IMG/VR virus record: IMGVR_UViG_3300035145_004174
Span: 1 to 64,000 of that record
Strand: one strand, 5' to 3'
DNA length: 64,000 nucleotides
Origin: a virus
Shown: positions 58,240 to 64,000 of the stretch, one piece after another
Position numbering within the stretch: the first letter of the stretch is position 1
How the letters are laid out: each line of letters starts with the position of its first letter
The notes under the pieces: model-generated
The model's database searches: none
Told to the model about the DNA's origin: nothing
The model's input: the letters and a program-made list of their open reading frames with translations, nothing else
Position numbers and translations under genes: made by a program

Positions 58240-58801
58240 AATTTCCGTATACTTCGTATTTATTCATTTTTCTTTTTGCGCACTTTGTTAAGTTACTTCT
58301 GATCCTAAACATTGTGCCTGAGACAGCTCCAATGCTTCTTCCTGTTATTTTTGAAATTTCTTTCATGCTTTTTTCTTGCTTGAACCATAAATTAGCTATC
58401 AAGCTCATATGATCTGGCAAGTCTCTATAGCATGAATTTAAAATTTTACTTTCTAGTTTTATGTCATTTTCATTTATTTCCTGTGCTTCATCCATTATAG
58501 TTTCTACCATTTCACTGTTAAATGATAACCTATTTCTTTTTGATTTTGTTAAAAATCCCATTATTTGAAACCTAGCTATAGCGAAAACCCAATTCTTGAA
58601 CTCGCCTTTTGAGGGGTCGTAGCAATCTTGTCTTTTGAATGAGATCATATTTGTTTCTTGGAGTACATCCATAGCATCCGCTTTATTCGGTATTATTGAT
58701 AATATAAAACCAAGTAGCCTTGGTTGTAGTATTTTTAACTCGCTCTCAAAACAAAATTGTTTTGAATTCTGCTTTGTAATTTTCTTTTTTGCTTTAAACA
58801 T
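58229..58801 (-). CDS. ECF sigma-70 factor, Rhodopirellula/Verrucomicrobium (TIGR02989)-like
   Basis: QPRLLGFILSIIPN.ADA.DVLQETN, F.NW.FAIARFQ, R.SF..E.VE.I, C...LP, S.KEIS..TGRS.GAV...MFRIR..L..C. Confidence 0.85.
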   Translation of the reverse strand: MFKAKKKITKQNSKQFCFESELKILQPRLLGFILSIIPNKADAMDVLQETNMISFKRQDCYDPSKGEFKNWVFAIARFQIMGFLTKSKRNRLSFNSEMVETIMDEAQEINENDIKLESKILNSCYRDLPDHMSLIANLWFKQEKSMKEISKITGRSIGAVSGTMFRIRSNLTKCAKRKMNKYEVYGNYED

Positions 58802-59024
58802 CCTGCATCTCCCATTTCTCAGAATACGGATTATACTTTTCTACCGAAATGGTTTGTACCGTGATCTTGTTTGAATCTAACATTGCATCATGAAACTTTA
58901 TAGCTTCTTCAGCGTTATGGGCCATATAATAATGATAATTGTTCATCGCAATATGTTCGGACGATGCATTGTATTTAACTCTGAATTCAAATAATTTATC
59001 AAATTTATATTTTTTCTTCTTCAT
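58794..59024 (-). CDS. Hypothetical protein
   Basis: ORF overlapping neighbours. Confidence 0.65.
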   Translation of the reverse strand: MKKKKYKFDKLFEFRVKYNASSEHIAMNNYHYYMAHNAEEAIKFHDAMLDSNKITVQTISVEKYNPYSEKWEMQDV

Positions 59025-59193
59025 GACCTCGCCAATAAATACCATCAAGTAAAACAAAATTTATTTCATTTTCGATTTCGATATCGACACCTACTGGGTC
59101 TCCCTCTAGCACTGGAAGGTCTGATTCTACATAGAAGAATTCTTCTTCTTGTTCTGCGTGTACTAATTGGCATGATTTCATTTTAATATTCAT
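59005..59193 (-). CDS. Hypothetical acidic protein
   Basis: 62 aa ORF overlapping neighbours. Confidence 0.55.
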   Translation of the reverse strand: MNIKMKSCQLVHAEQEEEFFYVESDLPVLEGDPVGVDIEIENEINFVLLDGIYWRGHEEEKI

Positions 59194-59450
59194 ATTTTAA
59201 TTTCTAGTTGTTTTTGATTATGTTCTGATTCTAAAGCATTTTTCTGGTTAATGTCAACACTTTTTTTATTTTTTTTGAAATTCTTTTGGGCTATCCTTAC
59301 CATGAACCTCATCAAGGAGAAAGAATAAGCTTTACTGAAGCTTATGGTTTGCACCTCTTCTGTTTCTTTATTTTTGATAGTTACTCGAAATTGCTTTAGC
59401 TCAGAATCGTACTCAAATTCTCCAAATTTAAGTTCTTTTATTATTTTCAT
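59190..59450 (-). CDS. Hypothetical protein
   Basis: 86 aa ORF in operon. Confidence 0.65.
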   Translation of the reverse strand: MKIIKELKFGEFEYDSELKQFRVTIKNKETEEVQTISFSKAYSFSLMRFMVRIAQKNFKKNKKSVDINQKNALESEHNQKQLEIKI

Positions 59451-59451
59451 G

Positions 59452-60495
59452 TCAATCGATTGGAATTGTTTTAATTATTTCTCTCGCCATTGTTGGGGGA
59501 AAACATTCACCAAGAACTTTTCTAATAAAATTCTCTGATTTGTTACCTTTAAATTTGTCTAAAAATCTTTCTGGAAGTCCACAAATAATACCTAATTCTT
59601 CAACCGACAAGACTCTTGCGTCGGAATATGTTCCATCTGTTAGTTTATTTCCTGGGTGAACATTGTTTTGGCTTGAAACCGCTCCATTGCACATGGTAAC
59701 TGTTGGGGCTGGCTTGTCCCAATCTATTCTTTTGTAAGTCGTAGAGAACCCTTTTATTCTTCTTCCATCTTTTTTTGGATAATGAATTTTATTTTCAAAT
59801 GCGGTTTTCCCTGTTGGTGTGTTTTTCATCCAAACTATGTGATTAGGATTATGTTTTTTTGCGTAATGCCAAGGTAATGAGCTTTTTTCTCCAGATTCTA
59901 AGGAATCTAGATGGGATATCGCATCTTTTGTTGTTATTATTTTTTTTCTAGATTCTGGATGCTTCCATTTTCCGCCTCTAGAGATCAGCCCAATAAACCT
60001 TTTCCTTGATTGAGGTGTATTATAATTTTTTGCATTTAAAATTTTCCACCTTAGAGACCAAGGTTGGGGAAGTTTTGACTCAATATAATTTATGATGTTT
60101 ACTATGTTTCCGTCATCATTTATAAACGTCTCTGACATGCCAGATACATTTTCTATCAACATATATTCTGGTAAAATTTCATTAAACACTTCCATGGCAT
60201 GAATTATTAATGAGTTCCTGTGGTCATTTGGAGACCTTTTTGCATTAGCAACACTCATTCCTTGACAAGGTGGGGTTGCTATAATTAAATCTATTGTGTC
60301 GCAATTCTCATAAATTTGCTCTTTTATTGTTGCATTTGTTATGTCTCCGCAAATAACATTCACATCAGGATGTATCTCTCTGTACATCTTGCATCTATCT
60401 TCTTGTAGCTCGTTAGCTACAACAACATCCACTCCGAATTCCTTGAAATAAACCTCGCCAAAACCTACATTAGAAAAAAGAGATAAAGCCTTCAT
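59452..60495 (-). CDS. Orphan C5-cytosine DNA methyltransferase (HgaI-type)
   Basis: SLFS..G.GE, PPCQGMS, ENV, PQ.RKR, SSQNNVHPG..DGTYSDARVLS. Confidence 0.92.
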   Translation of the reverse strand: MKALSLFSNVGFGEVYFKEFGVDVVVANELQEDRCKMYREIHPDVNVICGDITNATIKEQIYENCDTIDLIIATPPCQGMSVANAKRSPNDHRNSLIIHAMEVFNEILPEYMLIENVSGMSETFINDDGNIVNIINYIESKLPQPWSLRWKILNAKNYNTPQSRKRFIGLISRGGKWKHPESRKKIITTKDAISHLDSLESGEKSSLPWHYAKKHNPNHIVWMKNTPTGKTAFENKIHYPKKDGRRIKGFSTTYKRIDWDKPAPTVTMCNGAVSSQNNVHPGNKLTDGTYSDARVLSVEELGIICGLPERFLDKFKGNKSENFIRKVLGECFPPTMAREIIKTIPID

Positions 60496-60581
60496 TCTGT
60501 ATTATAATAATATTATTAACAAGAATATCAACTCAAAAAGTGTATTTATAATTTAGTTGAATTTTTAATATATTATAAGCG

Positions 60582-61232
60582 ATGAAAAACTCTAAAGTAA
60601 TAACATGTATAGGGAATTGCCAAGCCCTTAGTTTGACTTGGTATTTGTCTCAATTGGGTCCAGAATTTGATGTTTCCTATGTGAGTCCTTCTATGAAGCT
60701 CCAGAATTTGATTATTGGAGATTCTGTCGAGGAGGCTCCATCGGCTCCTAATTATGCATTAGACGATTCCAAACACGACGAAATAAAACCATGGGCAGGG
60801 AAGCTCATTAAAAGGGCAAAAAACCCATCTATGGGGGTCGATATGGTCAAAAAATCAGATCTAGTTTTTTATCAGACAATTAGATTGGAAACATCTAAAC
60901 TTTTCAACCTTGCAAAATTGCGAAGCTATGTTGATGTTTCTAAATTAAAACAAATTGGAGTGTTTCATTATAATCCCAATGACCCTTTTATTGAATCTGG
61001 TTTTGTGGGAATGATGGAAAGAGAAAAAAGACATAAGATAGAATTTTCGATTTGTGAATTGATTTACAAGCACCGAGATAAAATTTACTGCCAACCAGGA
61101 AACCGCAGGCATCCAAATTCTTTTTATTTTTTAGAATTAGTGAGGTCTATTTGTGAAAAAATGGAATGGGATTTTTATGATGAATCTACTTATATGGAAA
61201 TTCTTGAACAAAAATGGCCATTTAAATGTTAG
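60582..61232 (+). CDS. WcbI-like polysaccharide biosynthesis/acetylation protein
   Basis: IGNCQA..L N-terminus and C-terminal HPN. Confidence 0.6.
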   Translation: MKNSKVITCIGNCQALSLTWYLSQLGPEFDVSYVSPSMKLQNLIIGDSVEEAPSAPNYALDDSKHDEIKPWAGKLIKRAKNPSMGVDMVKKSDLVFYQTIRLETSKLFNLAKLRSYVDVSKLKQIGVFHYNPNDPFIESGFVGMMEREKRHKIEFSICELIYKHRDKIYCQPGNRRHPNSFYFLELVRSICEKMEWDFYDESTYMEILEQKWPFKC

Positions 61233-61936
61233 AACTTATAATTAAAATACTCTATATCTTTTATATAAATTTCTTTAACTAAATTAAAGGATTTATCATC
61301 GTAGTATTCTCTGTAGTCTCTTGGCTTGATATTTTTTTTAATTTGCTTTCGTTTTCGCATTTCATTTATCTTTTTTTCTAAATCTATTATTTTTTCTGTA
61401 TCTTTAGTCGAAGTTTTTTCCTTCTCTAAAAGTTTTATCAATCTTTTTTCTTTTTTTTCGTTATCTCTTTTGTTTAAATGGTAGAGCTTTTCCATCTGGC
61501 CCAAGCCTATAATATTGCAAATATTTTTAAAATCTTCTTCTAGGTTTTCGTATTTTCCAATAAAGTCTAAATTTCCGTAGTTTTTTTCGCAAAATTGATG
61601 AAATGTTGGTTGCATTTTAAAATGCATTGAAGATATGTACTCAGAGAATTCCATTTCTCTGTATTTTTCGTTATAAATTAGGTGGTATTTTAAAGAGACA
61701 GCTCTATCCCAAGGGTTCCTAACAAATGCAAACTTGAAATAATTGCTGCATTCTGGGTACTTTATTAATGCACCTTTTAATCCGCTATGTCTAATTTTAC
61801 CTTCTTTTTTTTTGTGGTTTTCGAATCTGACCCAATTAATTTCTGGATGATGTCTTCTTAAAGCAGTGGATATCGAAAGAGTTCCTGTTTTTGGGTATTC
61901 TAAAAATATAAATTTATGTTCGTGTGATATTATCAT
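61229..61936 (-). CDS. Sulfotransferase family 2
   Basis: FIFL.YPKTG..SI, FVRNPWDRAVS, FIGKYENLEEDF, DIEYFNY. Confidence 0.88.
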   Translation of the reverse strand: MIISHEHKFIFLEYPKTGTLSISTALRRHHPEINWVRFENHKKKEGKIRHSGLKGALIKYPECSNYFKFAFVRNPWDRAVSLKYHLIYNEKYREMEFSEYISSMHFKMQPTFHQFCEKNYGNLDFIGKYENLEEDFKNICNIIGLGQMEKLYHLNKRDNEKKEKRLIKLLEKEKTSTKDTEKIIDLEKKINEMRKRKQIKKNIKPRDYREYYDDKSFNLVKEIYIKDIEYFNYKF

Positions 61937-62586
61937 TACTTATCTTCAAATTCATAACCAAAAAACTCAATGTCTTTTGCGTATTTTTTTGCAACAATTT
62001 CTCTAGTCTCATCGTCGTAGTATTCGGTATAATGTTTGTGACTTGATTTGTTTTTGTGTGGAAGTTGTTGTGTTGGGATTCCGATTTTGTCACAAACTAT
62101 ATTGAAGTCTTTTTGGATATTTTCAAATCTGATTACATAATCAAGTTTATGGTCATTATATTTTTTTACACAAAAATAATCAACACATGGTTTGGGTCTG
62201 TAGTTATTTCTGTTCCTTTGAATTAGGTTATTAATAAATATCTTTTTATTAAACGATTTATGCCCTTTCCAAAAATAATATGAAATAGCACGATCCCACG
62301 GATTCCGTGTTACGCCAAACTTGAAAAAGTCTTCAATGCTTTCGTATTTTTTTTGCCAAGCATTATAGTATGCGTTTAATGTTGCATGCTTATGTATTTT
62401 TAATTTTTTATTAGATGACCTAATTTCAAATCTGTCTAAATGAGATTTACTCTTCGCATTATGAGTTGCTTGTTCCTCGGTTACCCAAATCTTATCCTCA
62501 GAATAGTTTTGAAGGTAATTTTGTATAGAATTACCCGCAGTTTTTGGAACATGAATAAAAATAAATTTATGTTTATGACTTATCAT
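61936..62586 (-). CDS. Sulfotransferase family 2
   Basis: FIHVPKTAGNSI, RNPWDRAIS, IRFEN, YYDDETREIV. Confidence 0.9.
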   Translation of the reverse strand: MISHKHKFIFIHVPKTAGNSIQNYLQNYSEDKIWVTEEQATHNAKSKSHLDRFEIRSSNKKLKIHKHATLNAYYNAWQKKYESIEDFFKFGVTRNPWDRAISYYFWKGHKSFNKKIFINNLIQRNRNNYRPKPCVDYFCVKKYNDHKLDYVIRFENIQKDFNIVCDKIGIPTQQLPHKNKSSHKHYTEYYDDETREIVAKKYAKDIEFFGYEFEDK

Positions 62587-62611
62587 TATTGTTAATCATT
62601 ATTAATCTAGC

Positions 62612-62628
62612 GTGTATAACTTATACAC
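62612..62628. repeat. Perfect inverted repeat GTGTATAA-C-TTATACAC
   Basis: Read directly in the intergenic gap between two sulfotransferase genes. Confidence 0.75.
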
Positions 62629-62678
62629 CATTGCATTTTTATGTAGACATCTTTCTTTCCAAAATTGTTTTTTTCATT

Positions 62679-63254
62679 TTACTCTCCAAATTTGTATCCA
62701 AAATACTCAATGTCTCGTGCATATCTTTCCGCAACAATTTCACGAGTTTCATCATCGTAGTATTGGGTGTAGTGTTTTTTGTCTGAACGTCGCCTTTTTT
62801 TTGTATTTTTATTTATGGTGATCCCTATTTTTTTGCAAATATATTCGAGGTCTTGAGTTCGGTTTTCAAATCGACCTATGAAGTCCATTTTTTCGGGTTC
62901 AAAATAATCCAACAAGCTATCTCCGCTTTCATGAATAGCTGGCTTGTAATGCTCTAAAAAATATTTTAAAGTTTTACCAGAATGATGCCCAATTTTACCA
63001 CCTCGCCCTTTAATTGGACTAGAATACCAACCTCTATCAAAATATTTTGATATTATAATGTCCCAAGGGTTTCTGACAAAAGTGAATTTAAAATAGTTCT
63101 CAAAGTTTTTTTGGTTCAAATGATTTTCCCAATCTCTTAAACTCCAATGTTTATTTCCCTCTTTTGCCTCGTTGTATTGAAACTGAGCTTCTATACTCGT
63201 GCCTCCAGTTCGAGGAACATGGATGAAAAGAAATTTATTTTTGTGGTTAATCAT
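62679..63254 (-). CDS. Sulfotransferase family 2
   Basis: FIHVPRTGGTSI, FVRNPWD, FIGRFEN, YYDDETREIV. Confidence 0.9.
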   Translation of the reverse strand: MINHKNKFLFIHVPRTGGTSIEAQFQYNEAKEGNKHWSLRDWENHLNQKNFENYFKFTFVRNPWDIIISKYFDRGWYSSPIKGRGGKIGHHSGKTLKYFLEHYKPAIHESGDSLLDYFEPEKMDFIGRFENRTQDLEYICKKIGITINKNTKKRRRSDKKHYTQYYDDETREIVAERYARDIEYFGYKFGE

Positions 63255-63270
63255 TTAAATATTACATTGT

Positions 63271-64000
63271 TCATTCTAGCGATTTAAATTTTGTTTTTGT
63301 TGTGCATGTATTGCTAATATATCTATACACATTACTAGTTCTAGTTCCCACAAAACTCACAGATCTCTTTGCTATTTCGATTTCTGAAAAAAATTGTACA
63401 AAAAAATTTCTATCATATTCTTTTTTCTCTTCTATATCAATATCTGTAGAATGTCCGTCTTGTTTTTTTTCTGTTAAATAATACAGCTTTATTGGCAAAT
63501 TTTCAAACAATATAAATTGCTTAGCTTCATCGATGACTTTGTAATCATCAGTCATTATAAAAATTGACCCAAATTTTTTTGAGATTTTCGCCAAATATTG
63601 GTCAAATTCATACCTTTTAGACTCTGGTCTGCCCCTCCGTTCTCCCCATTTGTATTTTTTCTCCAACACCTTGTCCCCTCTTCTTATATGAAAACAACAG
63701 AATTCTTCAGGTAAATTCAAAGATGATATTTTGTCTTCCACTTCTTCTAAGAATTTTTTTTTATATTTAAAAAAATTTGAACATTCGACTTTTGATAAAT
63801 TCGTGTGTCGTGTTAAACGACAAGGGCCTTTTCTTGTAGAAGAAGCAGCTCGCCTTTTTAGGGATTGAGGAAAGTCAAATATTTCGTAAATATGTGTTTT
63901 TTTAAAATATTGAGAATTTCTTGAGTTAACAAAAAATTTAGATTCAGTATTTGCTATGTCTCTTTGAAAAAAACTAACCAAGCCATTTAGTTCCGAGCAT
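63271..64000 (-). CDS. Alpha-1,6-fucosyltransferase/NodZ-like (GT23) protein, 5'-truncated by the window edge
   Basis: FHIRRGDK, IFIMTDD, FVGT.TSN; frame stays open to 64000. Confidence 0.75.
   Translation of the reverse strand, partial: CSELNGLVSFFQRDIANTESKFFVNSRNSQYFKKTHIYEIFDFPQSLKRRAASSTRKGPCRLTRHTNLSKVECSNFFKYKKKFLEEVEDKISSLNLPEEFCCFHIRRGDKVLEKKYKWGERRGRPESKRYEFDQYLAKISKKFGSIFIMTDDYKVIDEAKQFILFENLPIKLYYLTEKKQDGHSTDIDIEEKKEYDRNFFVQFFSEIEIAKRSVSFVGTRTSNVYRYISNTCTTKTKFKSLE

Noticed and set aside
4017-62821. Other short ORFs nested in or antisense to identified genes (e.g. 4017-4358, 13421-13771, 21035-21409, 33474-33860, 49758-50168, 62589-62821)
   Set aside because: They overlap well-supported genes and have no motifs; treated as spurious.
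1-64000. Giant eukaryotic virus (NCLDV) or bacterial chromosome origin
   Set aside because: DnaE, DnaB, DnaG, RecA and sigma factors are bacterial-type but divergent and mixed with virion-like and orphan genes; no NCLDV core genes and no ribosomal or housekeeping operons are visible.
1-64000. Alternative genetic code (stop-codon reassignment)
   Set aside because: Conserved genes are full length in the standard code, and TAA, TAG (20490, 25228) and TGA all end genes at sensible positions.
1-64000. CRISPR array, tRNA/rRNA, transposase, reverse transcriptase/DGR
   Set aside because: No regularly spaced repeats, cloverleaf-like intergenic segments or RT/transposase motifs seen; intergenic gaps are very short. 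Not verified with tRNAscan or similar tools.

Overview
AT-rich, gene-dense segment of a large dsDNA bacteriophage genome. It has a bacterial-type replisome and no ribosomal, rRNA, tRNA or CRISPR features that I could see. A TIGR02989-like ECF sigma and a Chlamydia-type R2 hint at a PVC-superphylum (Verrucomicrobia/Planctomycetes) host. Layout: (1) dUTPase, then a ~15 kb glycan cluster (GT2/GT4/GT9, methyltransferases, NeuA/NeuB, PIG-L deacetylase, formyltransferase, Ugd, epimerase, Gmd, Fcl); (2) nrdA...nrdB, whose R2 has the tyrosyl-radical-free class Ic (Mn/Fe) signature with Val at the radical position; (3) RecA, DnaB, DnaG, nucleases, a DNA Pol III alpha split into PHP and core genes with guaC and a DnaQ-type exonuclease between them, ClpC, and a putative SSB and annealing protein; (4) probable virion genes, including a tandemly duplicated two-gene module; (5) a minus-strand regulatory operon with three sigma/sigma-like factors built on a duplicated [unknown domain]-[sigma-like] module, one member broken by an A10 frameshift; (6) an orphan C5 DNA methyltransferase, a WcbI-like gene, three sulfotransferases and fucosyltransferase-like genes. 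Best candidates for undescribed biology: the sigma-cascade operon, the phage-encoded sulfated-fucose/nonulosonate glycan pathway, the phage class Ic RNR, and a recurring GTGTA promoter-like motif. All family calls come from motif recognition by eye; no database searches were run.
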